Source: Candidatus Cloacimonadota bacterium
GTDB taxonomy: Bacteria > Cloacimonadota > Cloacimonadia > JGIOTU-2
Direction of reading: 5' to 3'
DNA: 64,000 nucleotides
NCBI GenBank assembly: GCA_049903315.1
Contig: JBNGBT010000006.1
Location: 147,914 to 211,913 of the forward strand
Numbering within the stretch: position 1 is the stretch's first letter; the number at the start of each line of letters is the position of its first letter. Below are positions 30,474 to 39,036 of this stretch, in pieces. The notes below the pieces were generated by a model, which saw only the letters and a list, made by a program, of their open reading frames with translations, did no database searches and was not told the origin of the DNA. A program made the position numbers and the translations under genes.

Positions 30474-30635
30474 TCACAGTATGTCCTTCAACACCTCATT
30501 CATTACCACGAGTTCTTTGTAGATTTCTATGTAATCTTCGAGGTTAAGGATCACCATTTGTGATTTCTTGCGAGAAAAATCTCGTAAGTAATTTATGATA
30601 AGTAAATTAAGGGTGTTCGATAAAGAGCACCCTTT
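30474..30635. repeat. Junction C (attP-like), copy of junction B
   Basis: 149 bp identical to B; weaker homology to B continues to about 30712. Confidence 0.9.
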
Positions 30636-30795
30636 TTTATTTTCCATTAAATACAAAGTTTATGACTAATCCTATATCAATGAGTTGCAGGATTCGTTTC
30701 TCATTTGGTTTCTTCAAAGTTTTCTTTTAAAAAAATAAAAAAGCCGCCACAATCGCGACAGCTTTATTCACTTTAGCAAATTAAGATGGATTGAA

Positions 30796-30921
30796 CTAAT
30801 TTATTTTTGAGACGGTTTTCAATTCTGTATTATAATAATATCCCCATTCGCCTATTGCTGCTAATGCCTGTGCTGGATCGTTGTAGAGTGGCAAAAGATT
30901 CATTTCAGAAGAATCATATAA
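30796..30921 (-). pseudogene. 3'-terminal 41-codon relic of a homolog of the 6074-6700 lipoprotein
   Basis: LYDSSEMNLLPLYNDPAQALAAIGEWGYYYNTELKTVSKIN* versus LYDPSEMNLLPLYNDPAQALAAMGEWGYYYNTELKTISKIN*; the terminator and spacer at 30735-30795 are also homologous. Confidence 0.9.
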
Positions 30922-31013
30922 GTGTTGATAAATTGCATTATCAATATATTAAAATATTTGACATGCGAAATGCGAATGTAAATTTCAGAAAAAATATTAA
31001 TCGTGGAGTAAAA

Positions 31014-31532
31014 ATGAATAAAAATTTATTGATATGTATATTATTCATAATATTTGTATCATGTCTAAACGCCACAGATTTGGATACTGGTTTTGAAAAA
31101 GGAAACATTCCGGGCTCATGGAAGGTTGTTAACAATAATGGTGATAGTTATCAATGGGAAGCGTATAAAGCCACGATCGGTTCACATTCAGGCGATTGGA
31201 TAGTGAGAGTACAAACTCATTCAACGGCACTTGATGACTGGTTGATAACCCCCAGACTGAAGCCGGTTGAGGGTCATAATATTTTATCTTTTTATTATAT
31301 GTCATATAGTGATAGTTACCCTGAAGATTTTAATGTAAAATTATCTACAACCGGTAATACGATCAGTGATTTCACTGTAAACTTAGGTTCTGTGTCAAAT
31401 GCACCGATACAATGGACAAAATTTGAATATGATCTTAGTGCGTATAATGGAAAATCAATATATATAGCAATTCAGTGTACTTCTGATACAGGCTGGTTCC
31501 TCTATGTTGATGATATAAAGATCGACGAATAA
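31014..31532 (+). CDS. Secreted single cleaved-adhesin (choice-of-anchor J) domain protein, no CTD
   Basis: ggag RBS; signal peptide; GFEKG.IP.SW, DDWLITP, DLSAYNGKSIYIAI, LYVDDI motifs. Confidence 0.82.
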   Translation: MNKNLLICILFIIFVSCLNATDLDTGFEKGNIPGSWKVVNNNGDSYQWEAYKATIGSHSGDWIVRVQTHSTALDDWLITPRLKPVEGHNILSFYYMSYSDSYPEDFNVKLSTTGNTISDFTVNLGSVSNAPIQWTKFEYDLSAYNGKSIYIAIQCTSDTGWFLYVDDIKIDE

Positions 31533-31552
31533 TCGTAACTTAGTCGAAGTAC

Positions 31553-31619
31553 TAACCTCATTCAAACCGCAAGCTCTTTATAAATCTCAATGCAATCTTG
31601 GAGGTTAAGGGTCACCATT
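31553..31619. repeat. Junction D (attR-like): diverged right arm + gggtcaccatt core
   Basis: aacctcattc...aatcttggaggttaagggtcaccatt aligns to the B/C right arm and is followed directly by a terminator. Confidence 0.85.
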
Positions 31620-31622
31620 ATT

Positions 31623-31647
31623 AAGCCGTCACAACCGTGGCGGTTTT
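31623..31647 (+). terminator. Probable original, displaced tRNA-Lys/Glu terminator
   Basis: aagccgtcac-aacc-gtggcggttt a few nt after the last att core. Confidence 0.7.
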
Positions 31648-31839
31648 GTTATTTATGCAGACTCTCGAGAGTATAAATCTTATAAAAAGATTCCCAAATT
31701 CCATGGCAAATAAATTTTTCTTGACAGAAGATAGCCTGAAAAATAGAAAAAAAACACTCTTTGCTACACATCTTTTTGATTCCTCTTGAAGTTCATTCCA
31801 TGAAATATTAATATAATGTGAAAAATAAAAGGAGTCAAT

Positions 31840-33828
31840 ATGATAAAAAGAACAGTATTATTTATTTTAGTGTTTACACTATTCTTTAGTGCATTACTCG
31901 CAAACCCGGTTGAAAAAATAAACAATTGGGCAAAAAAACAGACAGAGAATATCAATGCGAATAGTGTGGTGAATTTCCTGAATGGAAACAAGGCGGGAGG
32001 TAATATATCCTTTGGACCAGAATATGCATTCAATCCTGGGACTTCTTACGACATTTCTGCAACAACTCTTGATGCTACACACTTTGTTGTTGCATATATG
32101 GATGTTGGTAATTCTCAGTTTGGTACTGCAATTGTGGGAACCGTTTCAGGAAGTACAATCTCTTATGGAACTGAATATGTGTTCAACGATGCTCCAACTG
32201 CGCCATGCTCTGCGACAGCTTTGGATGCAACACACTTTGTTGTGGCATATTGTGATGGGGGTAATGATTATAAAGGAACTGCTGTTGTGGGAACTGTAAC
32301 AGGGTCTGATATCACATGGGCATACGAATCAGTATTTAATTCTGCAAGTGCCCATTATTGTTCTGCGACAGCTTTGGATGCAACACACTTTGTTGTGGCA
32401 TATCGTGATGAAGGTAATAACAGCTACGGGACTGCGATTGTAGGAACTATATCAGAACCAATTACTTATATCGAGTATGGATATGAATGTGTATTTAATC
32501 CTGGTGTAACATCATATTGCTCTACTACAACCCTGGATGCAACCCATTTTGTTGCTGCTTATTCGGATCAAGGCAATAACTGTTATGGAACTGCAATTGT
32601 AGGAGTTGTTTCAGGTACAGGGAATGAAGCTACAATATCATATGGAACTGAGAATGTATATAATTTTGAAACTACTGTAGATAATTCTACCACAACCATG
32701 GATGCCGATCACTTTGTTGCTGCATATTGTAATTATTACGGTGCTAAATGGGGAATTGCAATTGTGGGTACTGTGACAGATACTTTTATCTCTTATGGAA
32801 CTGGATATGTATTCAATCCCGGAGCAACGACATATTGCTCTGCCACAGCATTGGATGCTACTCATTTTGTTGTTGCGTATAATGATGCGAGCAATCCCCT
32901 ACACGGTTCTGCCATTGTGGGATCTGTGTCAGATTCTGATTTATCTTATGGTTCTGAATATACCTTTTCTTTATACGGATCAATGAACGCAGCAATTACT
33001 CTGGATGCAACACATTTTGTTGACGCATATAGCGATGCGAGTTATGGGAATTCAGTTCTAGGAGAAATTGGGGGTGAGGTTACCGTAACCGGCACAAGCA
33101 TTGCCCCTTTTGGAACCTCACCTGGAGCAACAGGAGTTGGAATGTTGAAGCTTTCTTTTATTACAGATTTAGGAACCGCTACCTGGACAGATGTAAAAGT
33201 TGATTTAACAGGAACCGCAAATGATGATGACATTTCCTTAGTTGAGATATGGAAAGATGACGGGAATGGAATCTGGGATGGTTCGGATTCAAAAGAAGAT
33301 ACTCAAATCGGTTCTGGAACTTTCAGTTCAAACACGGCAAATATAACTATTATAGATCAGGATATCTCAATAGTCCCCTGGGATTATTTTATCGTGTACA
33401 ATATTGCTGTCGGAGCCGATACGAGCCATACTGTTGGCGCAGGATTGGCAGATGAATCTTATATTACAACTGTAAGCCCAGCCACGGTTTTTCCATTCTC
33501 AAATATTGAATCAAATTATACTCTACTTCCAGTATCAACCATACCTCAGCAGGAACATTATGGTCTTTTACAGAATAACCCCAATCCATTTGTTGAGAGT
33601 ACAAAGATATCCTTCAATCTCAAAAAGATGTCGAAGGTGGAAGTGAATATCTATAATCTCAAAGGACAGCTTGTGAAATCGCTGTATTCCGGAACGGCAT
33701 CATCTAAAAACTTGGATTGGAATTGTATTGATGAAAACGGAGAGAAACTTCAGGCAGGCATGTATTTGTATTCGTTATTTGTGAATGGTGAACTTACAGA
33801 AACAAAGAGACTTATATTAATGAAGTAG
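31840..33828 (+). CDS. Secreted protein with seven ~51-aa LDATHFVVAY repeats (probable beta-propeller), an Ig-like domain and CTD
   Basis: Signal peptide; 7 repeats; NNPNPF CTD. Confidence 0.85.
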   Translation: MIKRTVLFILVFTLFFSALLANPVEKINNWAKKQTENINANSVVNFLNGNKAGGNISFGPEYAFNPGTSYDISATTLDATHFVVAYMDVGNSQFGTAIVGTVSGSTISYGTEYVFNDAPTAPCSATALDATHFVVAYCDGGNDYKGTAVVGTVTGSDITWAYESVFNSASAHYCSATALDATHFVVAYRDEGNNSYGTAIVGTISEPITYIEYGYECVFNPGVTSYCSTTTLDATHFVAAYSDQGNNCYGTAIVGVVSGTGNEATISYGTENVYNFETTVDNSTTTMDADHFVAAYCNYYGAKWGIAIVGTVTDTFISYGTGYVFNPGATTYCSATALDATHFVVAYNDASNPLHGSAIVGSVSDSDLSYGSEYTFSLYGSMNAAITLDATHFVDAYSDASYGNSVLGEIGGEVTVTGTSIAPFGTSPGATGVGMLKLSFITDLGTATWTDVKVDLTGTANDDDISLVEIWKDDGNGIWDGSDSKEDTQIGSGTFSSNTANITIIDQDISIVPWDYFIVYNIAVGADTSHTVGAGLADESYITTVSPATVFPFSNIESNYTLLPVSTIPQQEHYGLLQNNPNPFVESTKISFNLKKMSKVEVNIYNLKGQLVKSLYSGTASSKNLDWNCIDENGEKLQAGMYLYSLFVNGELTETKRLILMK

Positions 33829-33844
33829 CATTCTTTAAATGTTT

Positions 33845-33873
33845 GGGGTTGAAAATTTTCAACCCCTTTTTTT
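33845..33873 (+). terminator. Intrinsic terminator
   Basis: ggggttgaaaattttcaacccc followed by T7. Confidence 0.85.
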
Positions 33874-34116
33874 ATACATGCAAAACTACTCCAACAGATT
33901 CTGTTGATTATTTGTGAAACTTATTTCAATCTGAAACAATAGGCATAAAATAAATACTTCATCATTTACAACACATCATGTATTGCGGCAAATTAAAAAG
34001 AAAATATTGACTACATAATTCGAGTCGAATTTTTAGAGAAAAGTTAAAAATGAAAATTTTAAAAACCTTCAAAAAATATGAATGAGAAAAAATATAATAT
34101 AAAAAAAGGAGTACGC

Positions 34117-35364
34117 ATGAAGTACCAACTATTATCAAATAGTGAAATGAAAGCAATTGACGCATTGAAGGAATATCATGGGGGAGCTAAAGATATAGTA
34201 AAAACGATTGATAAGATGAGGAAATATGAGACCAGAAAACGCATTCTCGGGGAAAAAGGTTTTGGAAATATGATCGAGGATGCAGAGAAATGTGTGAAGA
34301 AATTTGCGAAAGTCCAAGATTTTGAGAAAAAAAATAACATATCCTACAATGATAAATTCGGTATCGCAACTGCACAGGTTTCCGGTTGGCAGGGAGCAAA
34401 AGTTACCCACCATGCAATGAAACGAATTGCAGAAAGCGCAGAGACTGACGAAGCCTGTTTTGTCCCCTCGGAATTCATTTCTGTCGTAGCGCTCACTGAT
34501 AATTATGTGTATAATGGAGATCTTATGGCAACGCTTATGATGTCCGAGAATATCATGAAAGCTTCCAAATTCTGCAGCACAAATCTTATTGGTATTCCGC
34601 AGATTGAAACAAGATTTGTCGAGCTCGAGAAAGTAACAGGAAGTACATTTGAGCGCGCTGATATTGGGGGTGGATTATCTGCCTTAATTTTGAAAAATCA
34701 GGGAACATTCTTTGGAAATTTTGGTGGGATCGAAGTTGCAAACAATAATCACCTCGTATATTTAGACGGCATCACTCGAACGGCACTTGCAACGGGAGCA
34801 GATTTCTTCCTTAATCCGAGCTGGAGCACGATCATTGCAGTGTGCTATTATGGAAGAGATATTCCAAACCTCCATATAAAAATATCCATGCTGCTTGCCA
34901 CACAAAATACCATGCAATTCCGCATGCTTCTTAATATCATGAAAGAATATCTTAGAGAAGACGGCACTTCTCCACTTTATGAGATCAATATTGGAAATGG
35001 TGCTACAGCTGAAACTTTCATTCAATGTGCAAAAGAACTGAAAGAGAGTGGTATCAAGGGTGTCAGTCTGGCTGCGCATATATATATAAATCCCGATCTT
35101 GGTATCGCAGGTTTCAACTGGACGGACAATGCATTCAAAGTCCTGGAAAGCGGCACGAACATGACCTTCAAATACGAAAGCGACGGCACTGCACGAGAAC
35201 TGGATACAATGGAAGCATATTTTATGTCTGAAGATGACCGGGAGTTGAATGCTGAGAAGATCGGAGATGTGATCTTTTACAAAGCACTCCGTGCAACAAA
35301 AGATGGCAAGGCATTCATGAAAAAAGGCATTAAAGCAGTCTTCGGCGGCGCGTCTTATAGATAA
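34117..35364 (+). CDS. Uncharacterised cytoplasmic protein, possibly an alpha/beta-barrel enzyme
   Basis: 415-codon ORF with aaggag RBS; no motif I can assign. Confidence 0.8.
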   Translation: MKYQLLSNSEMKAIDALKEYHGGAKDIVKTIDKMRKYETRKRILGEKGFGNMIEDAEKCVKKFAKVQDFEKKNNISYNDKFGIATAQVSGWQGAKVTHHAMKRIAESAETDEACFVPSEFISVVALTDNYVYNGDLMATLMMSENIMKASKFCSTNLIGIPQIETRFVELEKVTGSTFERADIGGGLSALILKNQGTFFGNFGGIEVANNNHLVYLDGITRTALATGADFFLNPSWSTIIAVCYYGRDIPNLHIKISMLLATQNTMQFRMLLNIMKEYLREDGTSPLYEINIGNGATAETFIQCAKELKESGIKGVSLAAHIYINPDLGIAGFNWTDNAFKVLESGTNMTFKYESDGTARELDTMEAYFMSEDDRELNAEKIGDVIFYKALRATKDGKAFMKKGIKAVFGGASYR

Positions 35365-35383
35365 ATCTAAAATGAACAAGATA

Positions 35384-35430
35384 ACCACAGAGCACACAGA
35401 GAGCGCCCGTCTCCTCCGCCAGCTGGCGGA
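35384..35430. repeat. GC-rich REP-like intergenic element
   Basis: accacagagcacacagag followed by the perfect 16-bp palindrome tccgccagctggcgga (35415-35430). Confidence 0.55.
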
Positions 35431-35570
35431 TACGTCGTGGCAAGCAGAAAATATATTAGAAATCAAAGAATTGTTTGTTTAATTATTAACTTATTAACTT
35501 ATAACTCTTTTGTAGTGAGTTATTTCGTAATAGATAATTACTTTAATGAAAATGATAGAAAGGTCGAAAG

Positions 35571-36791
35571 ATGGTTGATAACTGGCAGTATAAATTTTCT
35601 GACATTATGAAAAATTATGGTGGATATTCCATCGGAAAGTTATTCAGCTTGTTAACTGATCCTGAAATAATATCGCTTGCGGGAGGATTGCCCTCACCGG
35701 ATATTTTCCTGAAAGAAGAAACGAGGATCGCTTCCAAGAACAGACTTGAAAAAGAGATCGAAACAATCATGCAATACACTCCGATCGGCGGTGAGTCCAC
35801 ACTCATCGAGGCGATTATCCAATTCATGAAAAGAGAGAATATCGAGATCACCAGAGAAAATCTTCTGATCACTTCTTCCGGGCAGCATGGACTCGATATT
35901 ACAGGGCGGCTCTTTCTTAATCCCGGTGATATCGTTATGATCGACCGTCCAACCTTTGCGGGTGCGATAGTAGCTTTCCAGCTTCAGAATCCGGGCTTTG
36001 TAGGCGTGGACATTGAGGATGATGGTCCTGATGTGGATGGGTATAGAGAAAAAATCATTGAATTGGCAAATGAAAACAAGAAGCCCAAATTCATCTATGT
36101 GGTGCCGGATTTCCAGAATCCTTCGGGCATCACTATGAGTTATGAAAAAAGAATTGCTCTTCTTGAACTGAGTTATGAATTCGATATTCCTATTATTGAA
36201 GATAGCCCCTACAGGGATTTGCGATATTATGGCGAATCCATTCCATCATTGTTATATCTTGATCAGCAGAGGAATGGAAATAATGTCATCGGTGTGTTTA
36301 CATTTTCCAAACTTTTCTGTCCTGGAATGAGGGTGGGATATAATATTGGTGCTCCGGAAGTGATACAAAAAATGACGAATATTAAAGAGGGGAATGTACT
36401 CAATACTCCTAAATACAACCAGGATCTCTGCACTGCATTTCTCACTGAGATGAATTTCAACAGGCATATTGAAAAGTGCATCAAATATTACAGGAAAAAA
36501 CTCGAAGTATTCCTCAATACAATGGAAGAATGCTTCCCTGAAGAAATGGGAGTTACATGGACGAAACCGGAGGGTGGATTGTTCCTGTGGGTTACAGTTC
36601 CTGAGCAGATTGATACAAAAAAGCTCTTTTATGAAGCAATAAAATTTAAGGTAGCTTTTGTTCCCGGTGAAGTATTCTATGGCGAGAATCCCAGTAAAAA
36701 TCATATGAGAATTAATTTTTCCTATGCATCAGAAAAGCAGCTCGAAGAAGCAGTAAAGCGCTTATCTGCCTGTATCAAAGACCAGCTTTAA
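35571..36791 (+). CDS. PLP-dependent class I aminotransferase (LysN/Aro8-like)
   Basis: IISLAGGLP, VPDFQNPSG, IIEDSPY, TFSKLFCPGMRVG, PEGGLFLW motifs. Confidence 0.92.
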   Translation: MVDNWQYKFSDIMKNYGGYSIGKLFSLLTDPEIISLAGGLPSPDIFLKEETRIASKNRLEKEIETIMQYTPIGGESTLIEAIIQFMKRENIEITRENLLITSSGQHGLDITGRLFLNPGDIVMIDRPTFAGAIVAFQLQNPGFVGVDIEDDGPDVDGYREKIIELANENKKPKFIYVVPDFQNPSGITMSYEKRIALLELSYEFDIPIIEDSPYRDLRYYGESIPSLLYLDQQRNGNNVIGVFTFSKLFCPGMRVGYNIGAPEVIQKMTNIKEGNVLNTPKYNQDLCTAFLTEMNFNRHIEKCIKYYRKKLEVFLNTMEECFPEEMGVTWTKPEGGLFLWVTVPEQIDTKKLFYEAIKFKVAFVPGEVFYGENPSKNHMRINFSYASEKQLEEAVKRLSACIKDQL

Positions 36792-36803
36792 AGGTTTTTC
36801 AAC

Positions 36804-37595
36804 ATGAATTTGGGCATAAAAGATAAAGTGGCTTTCGTTACCGCAGCAAGTAAAGGACTTGGAAAAGCTGTTGCGATGCAGCTTTCCGATGAAGGAGCTC
36901 GGGTCGTAATCTGTGCAAGAAATGAAGAGCATCTTCTTCGTACGAGAGATGAGATAGTAAATCGTACTGGAGGAGTAGGGAAAGCTATTTCTTTGGATGT
37001 TACAAATAAAGAGCAAGTCGCAAGTGCAGTAGAAGAGATTAAGAAAGAATTCGGCACTCTTGATATTCTGGTGTGTAATGCCGGGGGTCCTCCTGCGGGT
37101 ATGTTTGAAGATTTTTCTATTGACGATTATAGAAATGCGCTCGAACTCAATCTGCTGAGTACAATTTCTCTGTGTTATGAAGTTATTCCTCATATGAAAA
37201 AACAGCAGTGGGGGAGGATCATCAATATAACTTCTGTGTCCGTAAAGCAGCCAATAGATAATTTGATACTTTCCAACACTGCCCGAACCGGCGTGATCGG
37301 TTTTTCGAAATCTCTTTCAAACCAGGTTGCAAAGTTTGGTATTACAGTGAATGCAGTCTGTCCCGGGTATACAAAAACCGAGCGTGTAACTAATTTAGCG
37401 CGTGCTTTTGAGGAAAGCGGCAAAGGCTCTATCGATGAGTTCTATAAGAAAATCGAGAGCAGTATTCCTATGGGAAGACTCGGCACGCCGGAAGAATTTG
37501 CCAACGCTGTTGCGTTCCTTGCCTCTGAAAGAGCAAGCTATATCACAGGAGTTGCTCTGCAGATTGATGGTGGATTTGTAAAAGGACTATTTTAA
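36804..37595 (+). CDS. Short-chain dehydrogenase/reductase
   Basis: TAASKGLG, NAGGPP, atypical active site LSNTAR, VCPG, DGG. Confidence 0.9.
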   Translation: MNLGIKDKVAFVTAASKGLGKAVAMQLSDEGARVVICARNEEHLLRTRDEIVNRTGGVGKAISLDVTNKEQVASAVEEIKKEFGTLDILVCNAGGPPAGMFEDFSIDDYRNALELNLLSTISLCYEVIPHMKKQQWGRIINITSVSVKQPIDNLILSNTARTGVIGFSKSLSNQVAKFGITVNAVCPGYTKTERVTNLARAFEESGKGSIDEFYKKIESSIPMGRLGTPEEFANAVAFLASERASYITGVALQIDGGFVKGLF

Positions 37596-37608
37596 TTGAG
37601 AGGTAAAA

Positions 37609-37965
37609 ATGATAGATTTATTTAAGAAATTTGATAATACTCCATATCCACCTATGCTGAAGGATCTACCTGAAATAGATATTCCTATTAAGGGCATTCG
37701 CGGCTGGGTTATTAAAAGTGACGATAAGCAGATTGTTTTTTTTGATATCGACCCTGTCGGCATGATGCCCGATCACTCACACTGCGCTCAGTGGGGTTTT
37801 ATGATCGATGGGAAAATGAGGTTGACCATTGGCGAAGAAACAAAAATTTATCAAAAGGGTGATTGGTATTACATCCCCGAGGATGTTATTCATTCTGCAG
37901 AATTTCTCACAAAAGTATTTGTGATCGATGTATTTGATGATCAGAATCGTTACAAAATTAAATAA
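37609..37965 (+). CDS. Cupin domain protein
   Basis: PDHSH..QWG...G and GDWYYIP..VIHS metal-binding motifs. Confidence 0.85.
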   Translation: MIDLFKKFDNTPYPPMLKDLPEIDIPIKGIRGWVIKSDDKQIVFFDIDPVGMMPDHSHCAQWGFMIDGKMRLTIGEETKIYQKGDWYYIPEDVIHSAEFLTKVFVIDVFDDQNRYKIK

Positions 37966-37991
37966 GTTAAAAATATACAAGAGGAGAAAAA

Positions 37992-39020
37992 ATGGCTAAA
38001 CCTAAACTTATCTTGATCGGTTGCGGAACCGTCGGACTGGGATTGTTGGAAATAATTCAGAAAAAGAAACCTGATATTGACATTGTTGCGATATCCGACT
38101 TTAAAAAAGGTTCCCTGCATTGTTCGGATGGACTCCATATTGAAAAGGTTATTGAAATTTTGAATGCGGGAGGTTCTTTGGAAGAATATGAGTGCAGTTC
38201 TGATTGCTGCAAAGGGGAACTTCACAAGGGATGGGATGCTCTCGAAACAATTCAAAAAAGTGATGCGGACATCATGGCTGAAATCACCTACACAGATCTT
38301 AAAACAGGGCAACCAGCCACGAAACACATCGAAGAAGCATTGAAAAAAGGCATGCATGTCACCACCTCGAATAAAGGACCTGCAGCATTGTATTATAAAA
38401 AACTTTCTAAACTCGCAGAAGAAAACGGCGTGAAATTCCTCATCGAAGGAACAGTCATGAGCGGCACACCTGTTTTTGATCTGGCGCGCGAATGTCTTGC
38501 CGGATGCGAAATTACTGAAGTGAAAGGCATACTGAACGGCACAACAAATTACATTTTGACTAAGATGGAGCAGGAGGGCTGGTCGTATCTGGATGCACTC
38601 AAAAAAGCACAGGAACTTGGTTATGCAGAAGCAGATCCCACCGCTGATGTGGAAGGATATGATGCGCTAGCAAAAGTCGTGATCCTCAGCAATGTGCTTC
38701 TCGGCGGAAACGTCAAACCGGAAGATGTGCCCTGCGAAGGTATCAGCAAGATCACTTTGGAAGATATTAAAGCGGCAGCGGCTGAAGGAATGAGGTATAA
38801 ACTTATTGGGTCAACAAAGCGCGAGGGAGACAAGATCGTTGCTTCTGTAAAACCGGTAAAACTTCCCCTTTCTGATCCTCTTACCGGCGTGAATGGCGCG
38901 AACAATGCCCTTACTTTCGATACGGATTTAATGGGAAAGATCACCATTCAGGGCGCTGGGGCAGGCAAAATAGAAACTGGATATTCGATATTTGTTGATA
39001 TCTTAAATATTATTAGATAA
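37992..39020 (+). CDS. hom: Homoserine dehydrogenase (short form, no ACT domain)
   Basis: GCGTVG, TSNKGP, EGTVMSGTP, GILNGTTNYIL, AQELGYAEADPTADVEG, GAGAG motifs. Confidence 0.9.
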   Translation: MAKPKLILIGCGTVGLGLLEIIQKKKPDIDIVAISDFKKGSLHCSDGLHIEKVIEILNAGGSLEEYECSSDCCKGELHKGWDALETIQKSDADIMAEITYTDLKTGQPATKHIEEALKKGMHVTTSNKGPAALYYKKLSKLAEENGVKFLIEGTVMSGTPVFDLARECLAGCEITEVKGILNGTTNYILTKMEQEGWSYLDALKKAQELGYAEADPTADVEGYDALAKVVILSNVLLGGNVKPEDVPCEGISKITLEDIKAAAAEGMRYKLIGSTKREGDKIVASVKPVKLPLSDPLTGVNGANNALTFDTDLMGKITIQGAGAGKIETGYSIFVDILNIIR

Positions 39021-39036
39021 AGAATTGGAGACTTAT

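Larger units (their letters stand above)
25678..30556. mobile_element. tRNA-Glu array unit 2: two secreted CTD-protein genes, no integrase
   Basis: Flanked by the 149-bp direct repeats of junctions B and C. Confidence 0.72.
30557..31617. mobile_element. tRNA-Glu array unit 3: lipoprotein gene relic plus a single adhesin-domain gene
   Basis: Bounded by junction C and the core gggtcaccatt at 31609-31619. Confidence 0.7.

Noticed and set aside
30474..30656. 60-aa ORF as an intact gene
   Set aside because: Its 5' part depends on a 1-nt deletion relative to junction A and there is no evident RBS; treated as a recombinase-tail relic.
30807..31013. N-terminal extension of the 241-aa ORF
   Set aside because: It overlaps the antisense lipoprotein relic and the promoter; the RBS and signal peptide indicate a start at 31014.
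25595..31619. CRISPR array or classical integron attC sites
   Set aside because: Repeats are kilobases apart, contain the tRNA 3' end, lack RYYYAAC/GTTRRRY boxes, and no cas or intI gene is present.
31840..33828. Diversity-generating retroelement target
   Set aside because: No reverse transcriptase or template repeat; the variation is not adenine-specific.
34762..35466. 234-aa minus-strand ORF and other short shadow ORFs
   Set aside because: Antisense or out-of-frame overlaps of well-supported genes, with no recognisable motifs.
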